Positions 43,088 to 54,343 of a stretch of 64,000 bases of DNA are shown piece after piece. Both the position numbers and the translations under genes were made by a program. How positions within the stretch are numbered: the first letter of the stretch is position 1; each line of letters begins with the position of its first letter. Origin of the DNA: Octopus vulgaris (taxonomy: Eukaryota); NCBI GenBank assembly GCA_951406725.2, contig OX597836.1, positions 7,192,001 to 7,256,000 of the forward strand, given 5' to 3'. The notes beneath the pieces are model-generated. The model was not told the origin of the DNA, searched no databases, and was given only the letters and a program-made list of their open reading frames with translations.

Positions 43088-44015
43088 ACAGCAGCTTTTA
43101 ATCTAGCTCCTATGGCAGGCTCTTCATTTCACCCTGGGCCCAATAATAATACTTCATTACTATTACTTCCTATTACTCAGAACATCTCAAAGAAGGAATC
43201 GCTAAGAATTTGAAAACAAGCACGGGAGTTTAGGACAAAATTATGAAAAGTGAGACACCACACCCGCCCACCCATGCAAATTAATCCATTATTCGGTTCT
43301 TTAATTAAGAGATGAGGAATTATGTACATTTCTCTTTTATTTCTCTTTTACTTGTTTCAGTCATTTGACTGCAGCCATGCTGGAGCACTGCTTTTAGTCG
43401 AGCAAATCGACCCTGGGACTTATTCTTTGTAAGCCCAGTACTTATTCTATCGGTCTCTTTTTGCCGAACCGCTAAGAGACGGGGACGTTAACACACCAGC
43501 ATCGGTTGTCAAGCAATGCTAGGGGGACAAACACAGACACACAAACATATACACACACAGATATATATACATATATACGACAGACTTCTTTCAGTTTCCG
43601 TCTACCAAATCCACTCACAAGGCATTGGTCAGCCCGGGGCTATAGTAGAAGACACTTGCCCAAGATGCCACGCAGTGGGACTGAACCTGGAACCATGTGG
43701 TTTGTAAGCAAGCTACTTACCACACAGCCACTCCTGAGCCTATTTTATTTATATTTTTTTCATTATTTACATTTGACGGATACTTGTCCTCATCTTGTTT
43801 GTTGCTAACACAACGTTTCCCCAAGACACCTGATGAAGGCTGGAGGTTATGTCAGCCGAAACGTTGTGTTAACAACAAACAAGATGAGGACTAATGTCCG
43901 TCGAATGTAAAATAATGTAATTGATTATTGATTATTGGTGATGAGAGAGATCAATACCTACCGGTTGTGGTTGTACTGTAAAACAACAGGGAAAACAGAT
44001 TATGGCATCGGCCAT
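27511..44015 (-). CDS. CDC42SE: CDC42 small effector protein (SPEC family), spliced CDS join(44015-43962, 33730-33593, 27654-27511), 111 aa
   Basis: Manual translation: [18 protein letters not shown]|[46 protein letters not shown]|[47 protein letters not shown]. Matches the CDC42SE architecture (N-terminal CxxCC, QPQP, KRRRR basic patch, CRIB IGxPxNFxHxxHVG, IQxQMxSKGGY). Both introns (10231 and 5938 bp) are GT-AG and phase 0. Confidence 0.95.
29690..29972. mobile_element. MITE with CAGGGCTGTGGA TIRs inserted in (TA)n
   Basis: CAGGGCTGTGGA..TCCACAGCCCTG with internal GGAGTC/GACTC subrepeats. Superfamily not determined. Confidence 0.75.
30505..30765. repeat. Diverged tandem duplication (~128-nt unit, 2 copies)
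   Basis: cctggac.agagctaagcagacc.gtggtta..gctgttacactatg..caggatggtca twice. Confidence 0.8.
32775..33175 (-). mobile_element. CORE-like tRNA SINE
   Basis: Family match. Confidence 0.8.
33176..33372 (-). mobile_element. Penelope-like short repeat with a variant hammerhead motif (33307-33274)
   Basis: Minus: ttt CTGTCGA a gagc atag gctc GAAAC GTA aaa. Related copy at about 63700-63895. Confidence 0.5.
33593..33730 (-). CDS. CDC42SE: CDC42SE second coding exon: basic patch plus CRIB motif (46 codons)
   Basis: Acceptor ttattgttattttccag|caa and donor cat|gtaagt. 138 nt open frame [29 protein letters not shown]... Confidence 0.95.
34527..34930. repeat. Compound (GAT)n/(GGT) microsatellite
   Basis: Long imperfect gatgatgatggt array; source of the spurious poly-D/M/H ORFs. 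Confidence 0.9.
35550..36081 (+). mobile_element. 5'-truncated RTE-clade LINE 3' end with C-terminal zinc-finger-like motif
   Basis: [42 protein letters not shown], then after a 59-nt insertion [25 protein letters not shown] (stop 36021-36023). Confidence 0.88.
36135..36845 (+). mobile_element. Degenerate RTE-related element 3' end, followed by the common ggaagggcatccagc..(TGA)n tail
   Basis: [30 protein letters not shown] remnant. Tail shared with many short copies in the window. Confidence 0.65.
36910..37280 (-). mobile_element. Degenerate RTE-clade LINE 3' fragment
   Basis: [41 protein letters not shown] on minus strand with stops. Confidence 0.65.
39063..39672 (+). mobile_element. Degenerate Tc1/mariner transposon of DD37D (maT) type
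   Basis: Begins TA|CAGGGTG. Frameshifted transposase remnant [43 protein letters not shown] with 37 residues between the QQD and LDY aspartates. Right end missing. Confidence 0.85.
41214..41590. repeat. Tandem duplication of a ~186-nt CA-rich compound unit
   Basis: cattcaataatagata..caaatacaaggacacaagggacatatttcaaac..gacatacttgcagcaaa..agacatttttcaac twice. Confidence 0.8.
42448..42782 (-). mobile_element. CORE-like tRNA SINE
   Basis: Family match with internal deletion. Confidence 0.78.
43331..43742 (-). mobile_element. CORE-like tRNA SINE nested in a Penelope-like palindrome
   Basis: Family match. Confidence 0.8.
43826..43869 (+). ncRNA. Minimal type I hammerhead ribozyme motif (intact) in a Penelope-like palindromic element
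   Basis: acac CTGATGA a ggctg gaggttatgt cagcc GAAAC GTT gtgt: all core bases and stems I and II intact. Confidence 0.72.
43962..44015 (-). CDS. CDC42SE: CDC42SE first coding exon, coding part ([18 protein letters not shown]); whole exon 44115-43962
   Basis: Acceptor ttttctcgtttattttgcag|g at 44116-44117. ATG in strong context aaagATGg with an in-frame TGA at -6. Donor ccg|gtaggt at 43961. Confidence 0.93.
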
Positions 44016-44254
44016 CTTTCACAGCTCAGGCAAGACCGGATATCACAGTTGAAGCTGGTCACAAGGCTTTGTGACCAGAGCTGGATGCAAGTGTCACACT
44101 TCAGCCAGCTACTACCTGCAAAATAAACGAGAAAAGAATAATAATAATAATAATAATAATAAGTAACAGAGAAGAGGGAGAAAATTATTGTAATTAATTT
44201 GTATACTTGTATCCCGGTATCACTTTGATGTCATGCGGTGCTCTCTGACTCAAC

Positions 44255-44307
<53 letters not shown>

Positions 44308-45477
44308 TATTAATAATAACAATAATAATCCTTTCTGCTATAGGCACAAGGCCTGAAATTTGGAGGGAGGAAGCTGGTCGATTACATCAACCCTAGCGTT
44401 CAACTGGTACTTATTTCATCGACCCTGAAAGGATGAAAGGTAAAGTCAACCTCAGCAGAATTTGAACTCAAATTAAAAACAAGTGAAAATGCCCAGCGTG
44501 CTAACGACTCTGCCAGCTTGCTGCCAAAGAAACAGGACAAATATTGCAAAGCATTTCATCCAATTCCTTAACAAATTCCACCTATCTACTGGTCTGAACC
44601 AGTCATTTATTCAATCAACCCTAGGACGATGAAAGGTGAATATGGCCACAGCAGGATTTGAACTCAGACTCAGGCAATGAAGAGCAGGGACAAATACTGC
44701 AAAGCATTCCGTTTGACAAACTTATGGCACCGCCAATCTACCAGCTTAAATGATAAAATCAACAACGGTGTTTTGACAAATGATAAAGCAATATTGTTTT
44801 ATGATAATGTCTTGGAAAAGTAAGCTAAAACGGTAAGAAGCGAGACTGGCACCGATTTAGATAGAGATCTGAAAGAATTTGAGTTATGTAGGAGAGGAAT
44901 GTCTCAACTCCAGATTCTTGATTTTGCTGAAAATTAAACTGAAACGCAGCCAATGAATTCTCCGGTAATGAAGTCATGAATGGGTGAAAGGTTGGAGCAT
45001 GGGTGGGCGTGGGGGTGAGGGGATAAATTAGCCTTGGTATTCAACCGATATCAATTTATAGAACTCTGGGAGGAAAACGAAAAAGGTGAAACCACCCTCA
45101 GCAAGATTTAAGCTCAAGGACATGAAAGGATGTATCTACGGGGGTGCACGAGGTCTTTTTTGCAATCAAGGACATGATTACGACCAAGATCGTGTCAGCC
45201 TTCTTCCATGGTAGCTTGAGAGAAGTGGGGAGAGGGAGGGGGAATGAGAAAAAATTGTGAAGTGCATAATTTTGTTGAGGATATTTACAATGGGTGCAGG
45301 CATGGCTGTGAGGTAAGAAGTTTGCATCTCAACCACATGGTTCTGGATTCAGTCTCACTGCATGGACCCTTGGGCAAGTGTCTTCTACTGTAGCCCTGGG
45401 TTGACCAAAGCCTTGTGAGTAGATTTGGTAGAGAGAAACTGAAAGAAGCCTATCATGTGTGCATGTGTGTGTGTATA

Positions 45478-45934
45478 GTAGAGACTTCAAACTTGAAATC
45501 TTCAAAGCCACGGTCGAACCAATTCTACTATATGGCTCAGAAACCTGGACGTTATCAAAGAAGCTTGAGAGGCGGTTGGATGGAAACTACACTCGCCTCC
45601 TTATGAGAGCTCAAAATCTTTCGTGGAAGCGCCATCCAACCAAAATGCAAATATATGGGAAACTACCACCTGTGTCATCTCTTGTGAAAGGTAGGAGAGT
45701 CCAGTTTGCTGGACATTGTTGTAGAGCTGAAAAAGAGGTAATTTCTACGCTTCTCCTCTGGAAACCATCTACTCGCAATACCAGAGGGCGCACACTCTCC
45801 TACCCTGATGTAATCTCCAGGGATACAGGCATCCAGCAACAGGACCTCCGTAATGCCATGATGGACCGTGAAGTCTGGCGTAGCATGGTAAATTCCATTG
45901 TCTCGACCATGGTCGAACAATGATGATGATGATG
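45478..45934 (+). mobile_element. 5'-truncated RTE/RTE-X LINE 3' end with uninterrupted ORF and (TGA)n tail
   Basis: KLEIFKATVEPILLYGSETWTLSKKLERRLDGNYTRLL..RRVQFAGHC..AMMDREVWR..EQ* directly followed by tgatgatgatgatg. Confidence 0.88.
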
Positions 45935-45936
45935 TG

Positions 45937-45977
<41 letters not shown>

Positions 45978-46309
45978 CTTTATTGCTCACAGGGGGCTAA
46001 ACATAGAGGGGACAAACAAGGACAGACAAAAGGATTAAGTCGATTACATCGACCTCAGTGCATAACTGGTACGTATTTAATCGACTCTGAAAGGATGAAA
46101 GGCAAAGTTGACCTTGGCGGAATTTGAACTATGAAAGTAATGGCAGACGAAATACCGCTAAGTATTGGGATTGAAATCAGAACGATGAGGTTGGGAAGCA
46201 AACTTAAAAGCACAACCATGCCAGCACGTCACTTCTGCCTGTGCCTCACACAACTGTGCCTGTGCCTCTATGGACAATTTGCACAGTATACTTAGATATA
46301 TGATAATAA

Positions 46310-46990
46310 AGTAACAAGGTAAACTCATGGAGTTATAATAGTTTCTACCTTATACCCAAAGAACACTTCTACCCAGCATACACTGAAATATAGTAGAAAG
46401 GAGGTAAATATTGTGGGATTATATTTTTCTACCTTATGCCCAATGGACACTTTTACCCAGCATACTCAGATATATAATAGCAAGGAAGTAACATTGTGGA
46501 ATTATAATATTTTCTACCTTACACTCACTGAATACGTTTACCCAGCATACTTTGATAATATGATAGCAAGGAGGTAAAAATCATACAATTGTATATTTTA
46601 CCTTATACCCAATAGACACTTTTACCCAGCATGCCGAGATAATATGACAGCAAGGTAGTGAAACCATAGATGTTTTCTACCTTATACCCAATGGATACTT
46701 TTACCCAGCATGCCGAGATAATATGACAGCAAGGTAGTGAAACCATAGAAGTATGTTTTCTACCTTTTACCCAATGGATGCTTTTACCCAGCATACATAG
46801 AGAGATGACAGCAAGGAGAGGAAATCATAAAACTATATTGTTTTTACCTTACACCTTATGGACACTTTTCTCCACCATATGACAGACAAGGAGGTGAAAT
46901 CATCAGACTATAATATTTTCTACCTTTAAACCCCCCAGCGGACACATTTATCCAACAGAACTAAACAACATGACAAGCGGAGGAGTTGAA
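46310..46990. repeat. Diverged minisatellite, ~80-nt unit, about 8 copies
   Basis: Recurring tttctaccttatacccaatggacacttttacccagcat..agcaagg. Confidence 0.85.
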
Positions 46991-47215
46991 GCCATACAAT
47001 ACAAATGTCTTCTCAACACAAAAGATACCATCCCAGCATGTTTGATAATAATCACAACAACCAAGTGAGAAACATTTCCTCTTTCTCAACCGTTTGTCAC
47101 AAACCAATCTGTTTAAAACACGAAACAGATGAGATTTATATATCAAAACAAACCATCAGGAAATGACCCCCTCCCCCTTTACTACCGGCTTTATTTATCC
47201 TATTTTATTTCTCTA

Positions 47216-47246
<31 letters not shown>

Positions 47247-47544
47247 CATCATTGTAATTATCATTATTATTATTATTATATATTTATTTATTAAACTGTG
47301 GTTATGAATAGAAAGAAAAAAAAGTTTATTTTTCTATAACAGATGTTGGTGAAACCTATTGTTCTTCAGATTTTAATTGGAAGGGGGGAAAAACAATGTG
47401 TGTGTGTGTGGGGTGGCTAAGTGAAGAGAAGAAGTGTGTGTTTGTCGAATGTGTAGTATTTAAATAGAAACATGTCACTTTAATGCCAACAGTTTTACCA
47501 AACCGTATGTTTGTGCAAGTCGGTTGATAATAATAATAATAATA

Positions 47545-47579
<35 letters not shown>

Positions 47580-47584
47580 ATTAA

Positions 47585-47786
47585 AGGCACAGGGCCTGAA
47601 AATTTGGGGGAGGGGACTAGTCGATGACATCGACCCCAGTACTCAGCTGGTACTTAATTTATTGACCCCCCAAAAGGATGAAAGGCAAAGTCGACCTCGG
47701 CAGAATTTGAACTCAGAACGTAGGAATGGGCAAAATACTGCTAAGCATTTCGTCCAGCGTGCTAACAATTCAGCCAGCTCACTGTC

Positions 47787-47823
<37 letters not shown>

Positions 47824-48080
47824 TAATAATCCTTTTTATTATAGGCACAAGGCCTGAAGTTTTGGGGGAGGAGACTCATTGATTACACTGACCCCAGAAT
47901 TTCACTGGTACTTAATTTATCGACTCCGAAAGGATGAAAGTCTAAGTCAACCTTGGCAGAATTTGAATTCAGAACGTAGCGACAGGTGAAATACTGACAA
48001 GCATTTCACCTGGCATGCTAACAATACTGCCAGCTTGCCAAATAACAACAACAACAACAACAACAACATCAATATTAATG

Positions 48081-48115
<35 letters not shown>

Positions 48116-48327
48116 CCTTTCTACTATAAGCACAAGGTCTGAAATTTGAGGGAGGGGGTAGTCGATGACATCGACTCCAGTACTCAACTGGTACTTAATT
48201 TATCAAGCCTGGAAAGATGAAAGGCAAAGTCAACCCCGCTGGAATTTGAACTCAGAACGTAAAGACAGACGAAACACTGTGAAACATTTTGCCTGGCATA
48301 CTAATGATTCTGCCAGCTCACCACCTT
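47585..48327 (-). mobile_element. Three same-orientation second-family SINE variants separated by (TAA)n
   Basis: Units ggcacaaggcctgaaattt..gaatttgaactcagaacgt..gccagct at about 47585, 47830 and 48117. Confidence 0.75.
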
Positions 48328-48402
48328 CAATAATAATAATGATAATAATAATAATAATAATGATAATAATAATAATAATAATAATAATAATATATAATGA
48401 TA

Positions 48403-48433
<31 letters not shown>

Positions 48434-48434
48434 T

Positions 48435-48749
48435 CATAGCTATGTGTTGAGAGGGATTCTTTGGGGTTTGAATAATTCACTTCTGGAAACATGGGTGTTT
48501 CGTTCAACATCCTTAAACAAGCCTTATTCAGAGACCTTTTGAGCGGAATGGCTTACTCGACCAGAAGAAAATTCTAACTGGGCTCTACCTGCAAGGTCAT
48601 GTGCTGTTTATCTTGATATGAGACCACCATGTCGCGCACATATGGTTCTGATGCATGTGCCTAGTGTAACCTTATCAGGCGGGTAGTCATGATGGGTATA
48701 CTGCGCTTCATATAGTGTCACTTTGATGGCATGCACTGCTCTCTCACTC
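48435..48749 (+). mobile_element. Unclassified element embedded in (TAA)n
   Basis: 3' end tcactttgatggcatgcactgctctctcactc(aat)n also seen at about 44218-44251. (TAA)n on both sides. Confidence 0.45.
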
Positions 48750-50306
48750 AATAATAATAATAATATAATAATAATAATAATAATAATAACTGCATCTAAC
48801 ATGAGTGCATGGCCACAAATTTTTCAGGGAGAGGTTAGTCCATTTATTGACCACAATTCCTGACAGGTACTTTAATTTATCAATCCTGGAAGAATGAAAG
48901 GTAAAGCTCGCCCTGCTGAGATTTGAACTCAAAAACAAAAATAGCCACAGCGAAAATGCTGCAAGGCATTTTGCCCAACACAAAGGGTTCCACCAATGCT
49001 TCATCCTGAAAATGTCAGGTCACTCTTGTGCAACCTGTCGCATGGTTGAGTCACAGGTGTTGGTTTGTTTGCGTCCCTGCGAATTAGCAGCTCAGCAAAA
49101 GAAACTGATAGAATAAGTACCAGGCTTAAAAAACAAAAAAGAAATAAGCATTGGGGGTTTATTCATTCAACTTAAATTCTTCAATGCAGTGCCCCAGCAT
49201 GGCCACAATCAAATGACTGAAACAAGTAAAAGATAAAAGATATATGTGTATGTGTACACAGACACATGCACACACACACATATATATGCATACACACACA
49301 AACACACGCGTGTGTGTATGTATGTGTCTGTGTGTATTATATTTGGCCTCTACCAGGTGTTGGTTTGTTTATGTCCTTGTAACATAGCAGTTTGGCAAAA
49401 GACACCAATAAAGTAGGTACCAGGCTTAAAATCCTGATTAATTCGTACAACTAAAAACCCTTCAAGGTGGTGCCCCAGCGTGGCCGCAGTCCAATGACTG
49501 AAACAAGTAAAAGAAAAACAATAGCAGAAGAAAAGACCCAAGGGGAATTCAATGGAGATCGACCCCCACCCCACCTCACAAAATCCTAGATTACTTCGAC
49601 ACACCACAGACCCTAAAAAGTGCCCTCTTCCAGTTCCTTATCTCCTGGTTATAGTCACACTTTCAGGTTAGAAACAGCTCCCCTCCATCAATCTCATCTC
49701 TCTTCTGTCTCCTAACAATAACAAACACAAGAATGGTAACCAAAATATATCAAAGATAAAGACCAGAAACTAAATTCCTTTATTTAGTAGCTAGTAAGAG
49801 GCCCCTAATTCTTATCCTTTCACCCTAATTTGGTGAAGAAAAAAGAAAGGAAGAAAAGAGGAGAAGATTAGAATCTGAAGATCTTTTCTGCTTGGGTTGA
49901 GGAATTTTTTTGGTATTTTCATTTTACTGTTCCCACCACCCCACCCAATCAGCCACCGCCACCACTACCATCAAAATACCATTATCCTTCAAACAGCATG
50001 GCAAATAAAATGGAATGAATTTGGATAATAGTAATTCATTTTTTTTTTCTTTTTTTTTAGGATTTTAACATAAAAGGTGCAGGCGTGGCTGTGTGGCAAG
50101 AAGATTGCTTCGCGACCACAAGGTTCTGGGTTCAGTCTTACTGTGTGGTACCTCAGGTAAATGTCTTCTGCTACAGTCCCGGGCTGACCCGAGTCTTGTG
50201 AGTGTTTTGGTAGACAGAAACTGAAAGAAGATCATTGTGAGTGAGTGTGTGTGTGTGTGTGTGTGTGTACATACGCACACATAAATACACACATACATAC
50301 ATGCAC

Positions 50307-50345
<39 letters not shown>

Positions 50346-50675
50346 TATGTATACATACTCATACATATATATACATATACACTTACATATGAATATATAT
50401 ACACATTTACATCATCATGTATCATCATCATCATCGTTTATTCGTCCGCATATTACATATATATATGCTAGCATATACGGTTCACCGGGGATCTGGGAAG
50501 CCAGAAGGCTGCACCAGGCTCCGGTCTTATCTGGCAGAGTTTCTACAGCTGGATGCCCTTCCTAACGCCAACCACTATGAGTGTAGTAGGTGCTTTTTAC
50601 GTGCCACCTGCACTGATATGTACATATATATACATTCACACTTACATATATATATATATATATATATATATGATT

Positions 50676-50711
<36 letters not shown>

Positions 50712-51297
50712 ACACACACCCATATAGATATATACACATTCACACATATATACATACACACGTACACACACACACATATATGTATATATAAACCAGGTAC
50801 TTTATTCCACTATACATAACAGGTCCCTTATTAACTACTACTTAACTCCAGGAGAATTCGAACTCAGAATGCGAGGCACTGGAACAGTTATTACAACAGC
50901 AGACCACTTTTTGCTTTTTTTTTTGTTTCGATTTAAAATTTTATTCCATTTCTTTTGACACTAACGATCCTGCCCTTGCACCTATGTTTAACGATTTATA
51001 TTATTGTAATCATACAGCAACGGTTACCCGCTTAACCCCCCGTGCTCCTCCCCACACACATATCATCTTCAAAGGGCAAGAATCGGAGATGAAGGGCAGT
51101 TTACTTAATGGATTAAAGAATACCCCAAATTGCTGGTATTTTTGGCCTTGTTTGCATCAGAAATGCGGCTCCGAAGAACTAACCTTTCCAGAAGTCAGCA
51201 ATATTTGAAATGGCGTTGAAATAAATATATGATATGCCCACGTGTGTTTATGTGTGTGTGTGTGTGTGTGTGTATACTCATATATATATATATATAT

Positions 51298-51339
<42 letters not shown>

Positions 51340-51561
51340 GCTGAATCTCTATCTTTCCCTCTCTTTCACATCACCCTCTCTACTTCCCTCTTTCTCTCCC
51401 ACCGCCTCACATACAGCTCTGTAATCTGTGGTATTATGTCTGACACGATGGCAATCACAATGGCACCCACCCCACTCTTACACACTACCACCACTGCCAC
51501 CACCACCACCACCGCACTCACCATCACTACCACCGCCTCTACTCCAACCGACCCACCACCA

Positions 51562-51613
<52 letters not shown>

Positions 51614-51832
51614 ACAATTTGTGGGGTGTTCTTGCTTCAGTTAGTTCTGAAGACGGTTGTGAGCTGGCAGAATCGTTAGCAAACGAGGCAAAATGATTCA
51701 CAGCAATTCTTCCAGCTTCATGTTTTGAGTTCAAATCCCACCAGGATCAACTTTGCCTTTCGTCCTCTCAGTGTTTAACAAAATGAGTTCTAACTGAGAA
51801 CTGGCGTTGATGTAATTGAATTAAAGGGCAGG

Positions 51833-52556
51833 TGGAGGTGCAATGGCACAGTGGTTAGGGCAGCGGACTCGTGGTCATAGGATCGCGGTTTCGATTCCCA
51901 GACCAGGTTTTGTGAGTGTTTATTAAGCAAAGACACCTAAAACTCCATGAGGTTCCAGCAGGGGGTGCTGGCAACCCCTGCTGTACTCTTTCACCACAAC
52001 TTTCTCTCACTCTTTCTTTCTGTTTCTGCTGTACCTGTATTTCAAAGGGGGTCAGCCTTGTCACATTCTGTGTCATGCTGAATCTCTCCGAGAACTACGT
52101 TAAGGGTACACATGTCTGTGGAGTACTCAGCCACTTGCACGTTAATTTCACGAGCAGGCTGTTCCGTTGATCAGATCAACTGGAACCCTTGTCATTGTAA
52201 CCGACAGAGTACCACAAATTAAAGGGTAAAGAGTAATGACCATGGGATTGCCCCTAGAAAGTTCCCCTTTGTGGCATAAGTCTGGGCAAGGTTGTTTTAT
52301 GGAAGACCAGCAGTCACCCATGCACACCAGTCTCCCCCTCTCCATGTCATTGATGTTATCCAAGGGGAAAGGCAAAGGGGCCGATACAGCTTGGCACCAG
52401 TGACATCTCAACTCATTTCTACAGACGAGTGAACTGGAGCAACATGAAATAAAGTGTCTTGCTCAAGAACACAACACACAGCTCGGTCTTAGATTCGAAC
52501 TCACTACCTCATGATTGTGAGCTTGACACTCTAACCACTGAGCTATGCGTCTTCAC
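51833..52556. mobile_element. Third-family tRNA SINE (+, about 51833-52215) tail-to-tail with a related SINE (-, about 52230-52556)
   Basis: Head ggaggtgcaatggcacagtggttagg..tttcgattccc. Related copies at about 6718-7004, 40078-40260, 9690-10243 and 59400-59663. Confidence 0.7.
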
Positions 52557-52839
52557 ATAATGCACATAAATATTAACAACAAAATCTGATGTGGAGCCCA
52601 ACAAGGGCCATATGAATCCTAGTTGAGAACCAGTGTTTATCGACCATTTTTTACCTGTGGACCCCTTCGAACCTGTTTTCTCATTCCTAAGGTATGAAAC
52701 TCTGCCAGATCAAGATTGGAGCTTGGTGCAGCCATCTGGTTCACCAGCCCACAATCAAATCGTCCAACCCATGCTAGCATGGAAAGCAGACGTTAAACAA
52801 TGATGATGATATATATATATATTTGAAATCGCTCAATGG

Positions 52840-53185
52840 AAATTGCAGATGTGTTACCAGTGCCGGTGGCATGTAAGAGAACTTTCCGTTTCGCGACCGT
52901 TGCCAGCACCGCTCCGTTTCGTGTCCGTTGCCAGCCTCGCCTGGCCCTCGTGCCGGTGGCACATAAAAAGCACCATCCGTTCGTGGCCGTTTGCCAGCTC
53001 TGTCTGGCACCAGTGCGGGTGGCACGTAAAAAGCACCCACTACACTCACGGAGTGGTTGGCGTTAGGAAGGGCATCCAGCCGTAGAAACACTGCCAGATT
53101 TGACTGGGCCTGATGAAGCCTTCTGGCTTCACAGACCCCAGTAGAACCGTCCAACCCATGCTAGCATGGAAAACGGACGCTAAAC

Positions 53186-53215
<30 letters not shown>
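52840..53215 (+). mobile_element. Short retroposon with RTE-type 3' tail, (TGA)n end and internal gtgccggtggcacgtaaaaagcacc tandem units
   Basis: Same family at about 26725-27030, 38690-39000, 50410-50612, 58184-58447 and 63356-63680. Confidence 0.65.
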
Positions 53216-53216
<1 letters not shown>

Positions 53217-53995
53217 GGCTTCTTTCAGTTTCCGTCTACCAAATCCACTCACAAGGCTTTGGTCGGCCCGAGGCTATAGTAGAAGACACTTGCCCAAGGT
53301 GCCACGCAGTGGGACTGAACCCGGAACCATGTGGTCAGTAAGCAAGCTACTTACTACACAGCCATGCCTATATACATATACATATATATATATATATATA
53401 CGATGGGCTTCTTTCAGTTTCCATCTACCAAATCCACTCACAAGGCTTTGGTCAGCCTGGGGCTATAGTAGAAGACACTCACCCAAGATGCCACGTGGTT
53501 GGGAATCAAGCTGCTTACCACACAGCCACGCCTGCGCCTGACCCCCACAGAGGTTTTCTCTTTACTTAGTCTAGAACTCATCTTCAGCAGCTGAAGGAAC
53601 AAAATAGAATTCACAAACAAACTTGAGAGGAATTTGAACTCAGAACATAGGGAGGCATAAACTAAACGCCGGGCCACTCCACTCCACTCCGCTGCTTCTG
53701 TCACTCCACCCCCATCACCATGGTTACATAAAAAAAAATGTCAAAGTGAAAAGAAGCAGAAAACTTAATGAGGGAGAATCAGATGAAATATGTAATTAAG
53801 TAGTTGATATAAACTGTCCTAATTATGTCCTAATTATGGTTTAAATGACAGTTTTGTATGAGGTGGTGGTGGTGGTGGTGGTGGTGGTGGGCATTGATGG
53901 TATGACAATTCACTGCAGTTGCAGGAGTGGTAGAGGTGGAAGGCTGAGGGGGTGTTGTGTGTATATGTGTGTTTGCCTCTATTTGATTTAGTCTT

Positions 53996-54034
<39 letters not shown>

Positions 54035-54302
54035 TTCTAGGATTGTCATTATTTTTCTTGCCCCAATTTCTCTTTCTTTGCAGTCATTGCCTTTCACTTC
54101 ACCTCTCACAACTCCTCCTCCTCCTTCTTTATTCCATTAGACTCCCTCCTTCTCCTTCAGTACTCCCTTCTCTATACTCCCTCGCTCACTATCTATCTAT
54201 CTATCTATCTATCTCTCTCTCTAACCACTTATCCCTCTCATACTATGTCAACCTTCTTTACATCAGTCTCCTAACCCAACCATAGTATACATTAATGGGT
54301 AG

Positions 54303-54343
<41 letters not shown>

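Larger units (their letters stand above)
43309..43920. mobile_element. Penelope-like fold-back element (same family as 6235 and 22320), interrupted by a SINE at 43331-43742
   Basis: Starts agatgaggaattatgtacatt like the other copies and resumes after the SINE. Inverted arms ..gtcctcatcttgtttgttg.. / ..caacaaacaagatgaggac.. Confidence 0.7.

Noticed and set aside
46310-46990. Regularly spaced conserved blocks resembling a CRISPR array
   Set aside because: The intervening segments are homologous to each other; it is a diverged eukaryotic minisatellite with no cas genes.
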